This document shows, in pieces, positions 20,890-29,210 of a stretch of DNA of 64,000 nucleotides; the stretch's first letter is position 1; every line of letters starts with the position of its first letter. Below the pieces are notes generated by a model that was not told where the DNA came from, searched no databases, and worked only from the letters and a program-made list of their open reading frames with translations. The position numbers and the translations under genes are program-made. The DNA is from Alphaproteobacteria bacterium (GTDB lineage: Bacteria; Pseudomonadota; Alphaproteobacteria; Rs-D84). The stretch spans positions 7,847 to 71,846 of the forward strand of contig JAFVSL010000011.1 in assembly GCA_017503725.1 (NCBI GenBank), read 5' to 3'.

Positions 20890-21069
20890 TAACACTGTTA
20901 CGGTGGTTGCCGTGATGGGGCTTAACAACCCGCATAGTCGTCCGAAAGGACAAATATCCAAACCCGAAATTCTGGGGTTGGATGGTCACTTAATATATTG
21001 AATAAGTGACGCTATTGCTATGATAGTTGTTAACGTCCAGCCCCATCTGTTTTTTACAGATGTTTTTTT
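20890..21069 (+). ncRNA. Candidate structured RNA element A (sRNA or cis-acting leader), paralogous to element B at 60264-60437
   Basis: Closing helix GGGGCTTAACAAC (20917-20929) pairs with GTTGTTAACGTCCAGCCCC (21027-21045). Internal hairpins are GTCC-gaaa-GGAC and GTCACTT-[AATATATTGAAT]-AAGTGAC. A terminal hairpin CATCTG-ttttttta-CAGATG plus a T-run (21044-21069) looks like an intrinsic terminator. About 120 nt are homologous to element B. Confidence 0.35.
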
Positions 21070-21095
21070 ATTTATAATCAAAAAGGGCTTTGGAT

Positions 21096-21326
21096 ATGAA
21101 CGATGATTACGAATTAAGGGCGATTTTACATGAATTGGAACAATTTTTCAGATTACACCCGCATTATGAAATAGACGGGCTAACACTGCTGACGTTACAA
21201 AATATTATTCATAAACAGGTTGCTTTATACCTTCTTCGTGCAAAACGTTATATTGTTGAAATTAAAGAGGCTGATTCAGACATAAGTATCAGGGAAATTA
21301 TCCATCGAAAAAAATACAGGCTTTAA
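21096..21326 (+). CDS. Small hypothetical protein
   Basis: 76 aa (MNDDYELRAILHELEQFF...), with the ATG 27 nt after the terminator of element A. The listed TTG at 21090 is an alternative start. Confidence 0.4.
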   Translation: MNDDYELRAILHELEQFFRLHPHYEIDGLTLLTLQNIIHKQVALYLLRAKRYIVEIKEADSDISIREIIHRKKYRL

Positions 21327-21327
21327 A

Positions 21328-21357
21328 CAAAAACACCGGCATTTGCCGGTGTTTTCA
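21328..21357. terminator. Bidirectional terminator, member of the recurrent CCGGCATTTGCCGG hairpin family
   Basis: AAAAACACCGGC-attt-GCCGGTGTTTT. Confidence 0.6.
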
Positions 21358-21365
21358 CTAACCAC

Positions 21366-22445
21366 TTAATTATTAAACAAGAAATGGCAAATGTCGCCGT
21401 TTTGCATAACGTAATCACGCCCGACCAGGCGCATTTTACCCGCTTCTTTTACGGCAACCTCGCCACCGAGGGCAATATAATCTGCGGGTGAAATAACCTC
21501 GGCCCGGATAAAGCCCTTTTCAAAATCGGTGTGGATTTTTCCGGCCGCCTGGGGTGCGGTCATACCAACCGTGATGGTCCAGGCGTGTGCTTCCTTTGGC
21601 CCGATTGTGTAATATGTTTGCAGGCCCAATGTTTTATATCCGGTCTTAATAACCTGGTCCAGGCCGGATTCGGTCAATCCCAAATCATCCAGGAACATTT
21701 TTCTTTCGTCCACATCGACAATTTGTGAAATTTCCATTTCAATCTTTGAAGATATAACCAAAACATCGGCGATCGCACCAAATTTTTCACGAACCATATC
21801 TGAATACTTGTTGCCGGTGGCCGCGGCCGCTTCTTCGACGTTGCAAACATAGATAACCGGTTTTGCGGTTAATAAATTAAAAGGCGCCGCATCAATATCA
21901 CCATCGCGTGCCGGAATTGATTTTTCCAGATTGGATTTAATTGCATTTGCATCCGCCAATAATTTTGCCGCATCTTTATCCAACCCGCGTGCCTTTTTTT
22001 CCAGGTTTTTAATCTGTTTTTCCAGGCTTTCCATATCCGCCAGCATCAATTCCGTTTCAATTGTTTCAATATCGCCCAACGGGTCAATTTTTCCATTAAC
22101 GTGCACAATATCATCGTTTTCAAAGCAACGAACAACGTGAATAATTGCATCTGTTGATAAAATATTACCCAAGAATTTATTTCCCAATCCTTCGCCGGCC
22201 GACGCCCCCTTTACCAAACCCGCAATATCAACAATTTCCAGTTGTGTTGGAATAATTTTTTGAGAGCCCGCAACACGCGCCAATTCGTGCAACGTCGCGT
22301 CCGGCACAACAACGCGCCCTGTATTCGGTTCGATTGTACAGAATGGATAATTTTGTGCGTCTGCGGCCGCACTTTGTGTTAATGCATTAAACAGTGTTGA
22401 TTTACCAACGTTTGGCAACCCAACAATTCCACAATTGAATCCCAT
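21366..22445 (-). CDS. ychF: Ribosome-binding ATPase YchF
   Basis: MGFNCGIVGLPNVGKSTLFNALT G1 motif and a C-terminal TGS domain; 359 aa. Confidence 0.92.
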   Translation of the reverse strand: MGFNCGIVGLPNVGKSTLFNALTQSAAADAQNYPFCTIEPNTGRVVVPDATLHELARVAGSQKIIPTQLEIVDIAGLVKGASAGEGLGNKFLGNILSTDAIIHVVRCFENDDIVHVNGKIDPLGDIETIETELMLADMESLEKQIKNLEKKARGLDKDAAKLLADANAIKSNLEKSIPARDGDIDAAPFNLLTAKPVIYVCNVEEAAAATGNKYSDMVREKFGAIADVLVISSKIEMEISQIVDVDERKMFLDDLGLTESGLDQVIKTGYKTLGLQTYYTIGPKEAHAWTITVGMTAPQAAGKIHTDFEKGFIRAEVISPADYIALGGEVAVKEAGKMRLVGRDYVMQNGDICHFLFNN

Positions 22446-22472
22446 AACTAAATCCTTTATAATGTGGATAAT

Positions 22473-23153
22473 ATGTCATACATGTGGAATGAATTCAATA
22501 TAAAAACCTTTCCCGCGGAAACAATTGTTTACCGTGATGGCGAATATTGTCCAGACCTGTCGACGATAAAAGCCGGCCAAATTGATAAAAAATACGATTT
22601 GCCGGTACATATAATATACGTTGGTGAAATTTCAGAAAACAAAGAATTAAATATTGAAATAAATATTGAAAATCAACCGGTGTTTTTATCGGTTGATGTA
22701 AAAAATAAAAAGCCGGCATTTTTGAATATTTTTATCAAAAACACCGGGAAAAATTCTGAATTACGTGGTCACGTTTTTGTTGAAAACTTTGACCGGTTGG
22801 AATTGGATATAAATGCCGGCCATTTGTGCGAAAACACCGGTATTTTGGTGCATACAAAACTGATTGCGCATAAAAATACATATTCCAAGTTAACGGGAAA
22901 TGCCAAAATTGCCGGTAATTGCCGGGAATGTACATCAGATATTGGCTTTTGTGCCATTGCTGATGATACGGCAAAAATAGAGTTTTTACCGGCACAATTT
23001 ATAAAATCAGAACCAAAATCGGCCGAACATTCTGCGTCAATTTACCGGCAAACACCGGCACAAATTCAGTTTTTAAGAATGGCGGGTCTTTCAACCACTG
23101 AAATTCGAGATGTGGCATTTGAATCATTTAAAAAAGATTTTTCACTGTTTTAA
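22473..23153 (+). CDS. Short SufB/SufD-family protein (Fe-S cluster assembly scaffold-like)
   Basis: About 226 aa. Beta-helix-like repeats and a C-terminal motif PAQIQFLRMAGLSTTEIRDVAFESF that matches the conserved SufB/D C-terminus (QLFYLmsRGis.eeA..liv.gF). Confidence 0.5.
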   Translation: MSYMWNEFNIKTFPAETIVYRDGEYCPDLSTIKAGQIDKKYDLPVHIIYVGEISENKELNIEINIENQPVFLSVDVKNKKPAFLNIFIKNTGKNSELRGHVFVENFDRLELDINAGHLCENTGILVHTKLIAHKNTYSKLTGNAKIAGNCRECTSDIGFCAIADDTAKIEFLPAQFIKSEPKSAEHSASIYRQTPAQIQFLRMAGLSTTEIRDVAFESFKKDFSLF

Positions 23154-23206
23154 TTGTAAAAAATTCCCGGCCTTTTTGATAAAAATGTTTAAAAAAGCCG
23201 GGAAAT

Positions 23207-24154
23207 TTATTTTATCATTTCTTCTGCTAGATACCTATCGTATAACAGGTTAAAAAGTTCTTTCTTTAATTGTTCAATTGGTTTAATTTTTCCGCGCGCA
23301 TTTCTGTATGGGGTTTTAACGCGTTCACTTGCGCAATCAAAATAGCAATCACCATTACTATCAAATGTAATTGTATGTACGTCTCCTGGTTTTGAAAAAG
23401 ATTTTATAAAAGAACTTTGTTTTGTTGCGATTTTATTATCAAAAGCACGTCCAAGATTATCAATTCCATGATATGGTTCTATAACAATATATTTTTCTTT
23501 ACCACAGAACAGGTTTGCATCAATCTTAGCAAACTCATTTTTAGGCTTGTTTTTCAAGTCTAACATAATTTTATGTTTTTCTGCCAGTTGTACAAATGTA
23601 TCAGTTAAAAAATCCGGTGAATCATAAAATATATGCACATTAGCGCGTCGGGACAATTTATCGTTGTTATAAAACCATTTCAAAAATTCAATAGTTGTTG
23701 TGGCGGATTGTGGATGAAATTTATCCAGTGACAAATGATAAGAAAAATATGCATTTGGATTTTTATAAAAATAAGATTCCAGGTCATTAAAAATAACCGA
23801 TGCATTTTCAGTTAATGTCCAACCTGCATTAGTTTTTAATTCAATTGTAAATCCGGCCCGTGTCAATGTCTTCATAATATTTGGAATATAATACGGTGCG
23901 TATTTATAAGCCATCATTGGTTCGCCACCACTAATAACAGCAATGGGCATTTTATTTTTTGTGTATCTAAAATCTTCGGCGATTGCACGCACATCGGCAA
24001 TTGGAATAAATGTCGGTTCCGCGTTTGGACCACTGCGTTCACAACAATGTGCACAACAGTAATTGCACAGATTTGTAATTTTAAAAAATGGCGACCATAC
24101 GAAATTATTATCCAACCAATAACAAAATTCCGCACGCGATAAAATATTCTTCAT
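23207..24154 (-). CDS. Radical SAM protein, function unknown
   Basis: CNYCCAHCC fits the CxxxCxxC radical-SAM motif with extra Cys residues. A glycine-rich SAM motif VISGGEPMM is present. The start is ATG at 24154; the listed TTG at 24202 would sit 4 nt after the dnaG stop. Confidence 0.65.
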   Translation of the reverse strand: MKNILSRAEFCYWLDNNFVWSPFFKITNLCNYCCAHCCERSGPNAEPTFIPIADVRAIAEDFRYTKNKMPIAVISGGEPMMAYKYAPYYIPNIMKTLTRAGFTIELKTNAGWTLTENASVIFNDLESYFYKNPNAYFSYHLSLDKFHPQSATTTIEFLKWFYNNDKLSRRANVHIFYDSPDFLTDTFVQLAEKHKIMLDLKNKPKNEFAKIDANLFCGKEKYIVIEPYHGIDNLGRAFDNKIATKQSSFIKSFSKPGDVHTITFDSNGDCYFDCASERVKTPYRNARGKIKPIEQLKKELFNLLYDRYLAEEMIK

Positions 24155-24206
24155 AAAATGTAATATAACACAAAATTTAATTATGTCAAATTTAAGAATC
24201 AATTCA

Positions 24207-25817
24207 CTACAAAGAAATTAATTTTTCCATTTTTTCACGCGCTTTGGCCAGGTCTTCGTTTATTTGATTTAATTCATCACGTACGGATTCATCACCGGCC
24301 AATAATTGTGCGGTTAATTCTTTCTTTTGAATGTTTAATTTATCCAGATATCTTTGCAGTTTAAGCGACACAATATATTTTTCCGCATCCCCCAGGCTTA
24401 AATCCAAATCCGCCGCCGCGCCGTCAAAATCAATATTTAATGTTGATAAAAATTCGCCATATCGTTCAACGATTTCTGGATAAGTATTCACAATATAAAC
24501 CAATGTATTTTGTGTAACATTGTCGATATCTGGTAATTTAATTTTAATATCGACCCGGTCACGTTTCCACCTGCGCCAGGATTCAAATTTACGTTTTTCG
24601 TATTCTTTGTTAATTTCGCTTTTTAAATCCGGGTCTGTAATTTTATCAGTTTCTTTTTTAAGGAATTTTTCCGCCTGAACGCGCCCCCCCGGCGTTGATA
24701 CAACAAAGTTTTTATTTGCCAATTCCCACAGGAAATCGACCAGTGGCATCGCATCATCTATGATTTTTTTCATAGCATCCGCGCCACCGGTTTTCAGGAT
24801 TTCATCCGGATCTTTGCCACCACTAACGAATGCAAATTTTACATCAGAATTATCACGCAGAAACGGCATTACAATACCGCACGCACGCGAGGCGGCCTTT
24901 TGCCCGGCGTTATCACCATCAAAACAAAACGTGATATTTCTGTTTGATTTACAAAGAATTGCAATATGATCTTCGGTTAACGCCGTCCCCAATGGTGCAA
25001 CCGTTTCTGGGAATCCACCCAACTGCATTTTTATTGCGTCAATTTGTCCCTCGACTACTATGCTGCGATTGGCGCGATGAATTGCATCACGTGCAAAATT
25101 TAAACCGAACACAGTTTTACGTTTGTGGAAAATTTCGGTATCGGTTGTATTTATATATTTTGGTTCCGACCCATCCAGCGAGCGTCCCGAAAAAGCAACA
25201 ATTTTTCCACGTGCGTTAAAGATTGGAAACATTAACTTATCACGGAAAAAATCATACATTCCATAATCGCCACGACGACATAGACCTGAATCAATCAAGA
25301 ATTTAGAATTTGCAAATTTATTCGCAATTATATTATTTTTTGGTGCATAACCGATGCGATATTTTTTTATATCTTCGTCTGAAAATCCCCGTTTTCTTGC
25401 GTATAGCAATGCTTGTTCACCATCGGGTGTAAATAGTTTTTCGGTGTATGTTTGGGCGGCTTTTTCGCAAATTTCAAACAAAGAATCTTCGCGTTGTACA
25501 ATTTTTGGATCACGTGGTTTATAATCGGGCATCTTTATACCGGCAATATTGGCCAGTTCCGCAATCGCCGCCTTAAAATCCATATGATTGTGTTTCATTG
25601 TGAAAGAAATAATATCACCGTGTTCACCACAACCGAAACAGTGGTAAAATCCCTTGTCTTCATTCACAGAAAAACTGGGGGTTTTTTCATTATGAAACGG
25701 GCAACACCCCCACCAATTTTGCCCCTTTTTGGTAAGTGGCACCACACGCCCCACAACATCCACCACCGACAGGCGTTCACGTAATTCATCGGTAAAGTTG
25801 CGGTTAAATTCTGCCAT
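24207..25817 (-). CDS. dnaG: DNA primase
   Basis: Zinc-binding motif CCPFHNEKTPSFSV...CFGCGEHGD, TOPRIM motif VVEGQIDAIKM...FDGDNAGQKA; 536 aa. Confidence 0.9.
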   Translation of the reverse strand: MAEFNRNFTDELRERLSVVDVVGRVVPLTKKGQNWWGCCPFHNEKTPSFSVNEDKGFYHCFGCGEHGDIISFTMKHNHMDFKAAIAELANIAGIKMPDYKPRDPKIVQREDSLFEICEKAAQTYTEKLFTPDGEQALLYARKRGFSDEDIKKYRIGYAPKNNIIANKFANSKFLIDSGLCRRGDYGMYDFFRDKLMFPIFNARGKIVAFSGRSLDGSEPKYINTTDTEIFHKRKTVFGLNFARDAIHRANRSIVVEGQIDAIKMQLGGFPETVAPLGTALTEDHIAILCKSNRNITFCFDGDNAGQKAASRACGIVMPFLRDNSDVKFAFVSGGKDPDEILKTGGADAMKKIIDDAMPLVDFLWELANKNFVVSTPGGRVQAEKFLKKETDKITDPDLKSEINKEYEKRKFESWRRWKRDRVDIKIKLPDIDNVTQNTLVYIVNTYPEIVERYGEFLSTLNIDFDGAAADLDLSLGDAEKYIVSLKLQRYLDKLNIQKKELTAQLLAGDESVRDELNQINEDLAKAREKMEKLISL

Positions 25818-28057
25818 TACTTCTTTTTGGTTTTATTGTTAATAAGTTTGATTGCCGTTTCCAAATCTGGCATTTCTTTGACCGATACATTTACCCGATT
25901 GGATGATATGTATGGGCCATAACGACCGGTTGGATAAAAGAATATCATCTTCTTGGTTTCTGGGTTTTCGCCGATTTTAACAGGCTCAGCTTTTTTGCCG
26001 GCGTTTGTTAATAATTCGCGTGCAATTTCCAATGTGATTGTTTCCGATGTATATTGTTTTGCGGCAACATTTTTTGCACCGTCGGTCACATATGGACCAA
26101 ATTTTCCAACACGAAATTCAATACCGTCACCCAATTCAACGGCGTCTGAAATATTGCGCTGTACGCTGGATTCTGTGGCGTCCACCGGTTTTTCATTTTT
26201 ATTTAGTTGTTTTGTGTATTTACAGTTTGGATAATTTTCACAACCAATAAATGGCCCAAACTTGGATAATTTAATACCCAATTTTTTACCGCATTCGGGA
26301 CACACATCACCCGTTTCTGCAAATAAATGTTTGTGCATAAATTCGTTGATTTCATCGATGATATCGGATGTTTTTACGCCACGCGCGCCCTCTATCATTT
26401 CATTTGTTGGCCGCCAGAAGTTTTCCAGTGCGGTGATTTTTTTCACCTTGCCATTTGAAACGTCGTCCAGTGTATCTTCGGTTTTTGCGGTAAAGTTTAC
26501 ATCAACCAAATCTGTAAAATATTTATTCAAATATGATGCAATAACCCAACCGCCACTTGTTGGATGGAAACGACGTTGTTTATCCTGTTCAACATATGCA
26601 CGATCAACGATTGTTGACATAATTGTCGCATACGTAGATGGTCGCCCAATTCCCAATTCTTCCAGTTTTTTAACCAGCGATGCTTCGGTATATCTGGGTG
26701 GTGCTTGGGTAAAGTGCTGTTCGGGGATAATTTCTGTAATACTGATATTATCACCAACGTTTAACACCGGTAATTTAGATTCTTTCTTTTCGTCATCATC
26801 GTCTTTGTCTTCGGTATAGACTTTCATAAATCCATCAAACGTGCGGGTTGAACCAACCGCGTGAAATACCGCCACCTTGTTTTCGGTTTCGATATCTGCG
26901 GCAACCGAATCAAATTCAGCATTTTTCATCTGGCACGCGATTGTACGCTTCCAAATCAAATCGTACAGTTTTGCTTCGTCCCCGGTCAGTCCCTTGGCCG
27001 GTGCATCAAAGTGTGTTGGACGAATTGCTTCGTGTGCCTCTTGGGCGTTCTTGGATTTTGTTGCATAAATATTTGGCGAAGACGGCACAAAATCCGCCCC
27101 ATATGTATTTGCAATAAATCCACGAATTTCATTAACCGCATCCGCATTCAGGTTTGTTGCATCCGTTCGCATATATGTAATTAACCCCTGTTCATAAAGG
27201 TGCTGGGCGGCGCTCATCGTGCGTTTTGATGCAAAGTATAGTTTACGCGCCGCTTCCTGTTGCAGGGTTGATGTTGTAAATGGTGCGGCGGGTTTACGCT
27301 GTGTCTTTTTCTTTTCAATATCAATAACCGTTGCACGGATTTCAGGACTGCCAATTTTTGCCAGGATATTATCAACGTGTTCCTGATTTTCAATGGTCAT
27401 TTTTTCAATTTTTTGCCCATCGAATTTTGAAAGATTTGCTTTGAATTCTGCACTTTGCACTTTGCAAACGGATTCAACAGACCAATATTCCACTGGTTTA
27501 AAGTCTTCGATTTCTTTTTCGCGATCAACGACCAACTTTACCGCGACCGACTGAACACGCCCGGCCGATTTCCCCAGGTTTCGCCGCCATAACAATGGTG
27601 AAATACCAAATCCAATTAAATAATCCAATGCGCGACGCACCAGATACGCATCAACCAGGTTTTTATCAATTTCACGTGGGTTTTCAATTGCGGCCTGTAC
27701 GGCTTTTTTTGTAATTTCGTGGAAAGCAACACGATATACCGGTTTATCCGCCAATAACTTTTTTGCCTTTAAAATATCCAATATATGCCACGCAATGGCT
27801 TCCCCTTCGCGGTCCGGGTCGCTTGCCAGGTATACTGCATCGGCCTTTTTAAGTTCATCTGTAATAAGTTTTATTTGCTTTTCTTTGCCCGGCATAATTT
27901 GCCAGCGCATTTTAAAGTTATTTTCTGTATCAACACTGCCGTTTTCTGGAACCAAATCACGTACGTGTCCAACAGACGCAATAACGCGCCACCCCGCCCC
28001 CAGATACTTTTCAATTGTTTTGGCTTTTGATGGTGATTCCACAATAAGCAGTTTCAT
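25817..28057 (-). CDS. topA: DNA topoisomerase I
   Basis: MKLLIVESPSKAKTIEKYLG TOPRIM domain, an active-site Tyr region and a C-terminal zinc ribbon CPECGKK...CENYPNC. Confidence 0.92.
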   Translation of the reverse strand: MKLLIVESPSKAKTIEKYLGAGWRVIASVGHVRDLVPENGSVDTENNFKMRWQIMPGKEKQIKLITDELKKADAVYLASDPDREGEAIAWHILDILKAKKLLADKPVYRVAFHEITKKAVQAAIENPREIDKNLVDAYLVRRALDYLIGFGISPLLWRRNLGKSAGRVQSVAVKLVVDREKEIEDFKPVEYWSVESVCKVQSAEFKANLSKFDGQKIEKMTIENQEHVDNILAKIGSPEIRATVIDIEKKKTQRKPAAPFTTSTLQQEAARKLYFASKRTMSAAQHLYEQGLITYMRTDATNLNADAVNEIRGFIANTYGADFVPSSPNIYATKSKNAQEAHEAIRPTHFDAPAKGLTGDEAKLYDLIWKRTIACQMKNAEFDSVAADIETENKVAVFHAVGSTRTFDGFMKVYTEDKDDDDEKKESKLPVLNVGDNISITEIIPEQHFTQAPPRYTEASLVKKLEELGIGRPSTYATIMSTIVDRAYVEQDKQRRFHPTSGGWVIASYLNKYFTDLVDVNFTAKTEDTLDDVSNGKVKKITALENFWRPTNEMIEGARGVKTSDIIDEINEFMHKHLFAETGDVCPECGKKLGIKLSKFGPFIGCENYPNCKYTKQLNKNEKPVDATESSVQRNISDAVELGDGIEFRVGKFGPYVTDGAKNVAAKQYTSETITLEIARELLTNAGKKAEPVKIGENPETKKMIFFYPTGRYGPYISSNRVNVSVKEMPDLETAIKLINNKTKKK

Positions 28058-28061
28058 ATCT

Positions 28062-29207
28062 CTAACTCCCCTTGGCCGATAATTGTTGGTCTTTGTGAAT
28101 GTGTGCGTTTTGGGCCAAACCGAATCCGAACATCAGGGAAAGCAGACTGCTGCCACCAAAAGACATCAACGGCAACGGCACCCCAACGGTTGGCATTAAC
28201 CCTAAAACCATTGCGATATTTATAAAATAATAAATGAAAAAGTTCAACATAAAACCAAAACAGATTAATTGACCAAATCGATTTCGGCACGTTTTTGCGG
28301 CCCAAAACAACACGATAATAATCCAAGAATAAATAAATAATAATCCAAATGCCCCAACAAAACCAAATTCTTCGCCCAGCATTGTGAATATAAAGTCTGT
28401 ATGTTTTTCCGGCAAAAAAGATTGTTGTGATTGTGTGCCGGACATATACCCCTTGCCCAGCATTCCGCCCGAACCAAACGCAATCTTGGCCTGGTTAATT
28501 TGGTACCCTGCCCCTTGGACATCACTGTCGGGGTTTAAGAAGGTTATAATGCGCCCACGCTGATAATCGTGCAGGCCCCCATACCAAACAACCGGCGCCG
28601 CCATTAACCCTAATATTGCCGCAATAATAAACCATTTTTTGTTTGCACCAACGATATAAAATACCCCAACCGTAATCATCCCCAGGGATAACGCCGTACC
28701 TAAGTCTGGCTGTGCAACAATCAATCCAAATGGTACCAATAACATCAATGCGGGTATTAAATAGTTTTTAAATTGTCCCAATTCCACCGAATTCATCCAC
28801 GCAAAATATCGTGCCAAGGCCAACACCAACGCGATTTTAATTAACTCTGACGGTTGAATATGAAAGAACCCCAGGTTTAACCAACGCTGGGCCCCCATTC
28901 CGGTATGCCCAACAAACGTCACCAACACAATCATAATCAACGCAATAGCATAGATTACATATGCAGACTTAATCCAGGTTTTTATATTTGTAAACGCAAC
29001 AAAAAAGAAAACCGCAAACCCCGCAATAATTTTTAATAATTGCGACAATGCAAATGGTCGCCACGCCCCACCGCCCGCTGAATACAGAACAACAATAGAT
29101 ATCGCCAACACAATACACATCGGCACAAACAGACCCCACGAAAAACGGGACAGTTTTTCATTAAAACTCATCATAGATGCATTTGAAACACGTGTCTGTT
29201 TGGCCAT
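28062..29207 (-). CDS. mrdB: Rod-shape-determining protein RodA (SEDS family)
   Basis: 381 aa with 10 TM helices, FtsW/RodA/SpoVE family. It lies directly downstream of mrdA. Confidence 0.85.
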   Translation of the reverse strand: MAKQTRVSNASMMSFNEKLSRFSWGLFVPMCIVLAISIVVLYSAGGGAWRPFALSQLLKIIAGFAVFFFVAFTNIKTWIKSAYVIYAIALIMIVLVTFVGHTGMGAQRWLNLGFFHIQPSELIKIALVLALARYFAWMNSVELGQFKNYLIPALMLLVPFGLIVAQPDLGTALSLGMITVGVFYIVGANKKWFIIAAILGLMAAPVVWYGGLHDYQRGRIITFLNPDSDVQGAGYQINQAKIAFGSGGMLGKGYMSGTQSQQSFLPEKHTDFIFTMLGEEFGFVGAFGLLFIYSWIIIVLFWAAKTCRNRFGQLICFGFMLNFFIYYFINIAMVLGLMPTVGVPLPLMSFGGSSLLSLMFGFGLAQNAHIHKDQQLSAKGS

Positions 29208-29210
29208 TTT

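Noticed and set aside
20660-21069. RNase P RNA, 6S RNA or SRP RNA as the identity of the long structured non-coding region.
   Set aside because: None of the universally conserved RNase P blocks (GGAAAGUCCGGGCUCC, ACAGAAACCCGGCUUA) are present. The SRP domain IV motif (GGAAG…AGCAG) is absent. The predicted fold is a multi-branch junction rather than the extended 6S hairpin with a central bubble.
23154-23206. A long-loop hairpin (AATTCCCGGC…25 nt…GCCGGGAAATT) between convergent SufBD-like and rSAM genes, as a possible regulatory RNA.
   Set aside because: It is most simply a bidirectional terminator with an unusually large loop. There is no additional conservation or repeat evidence.
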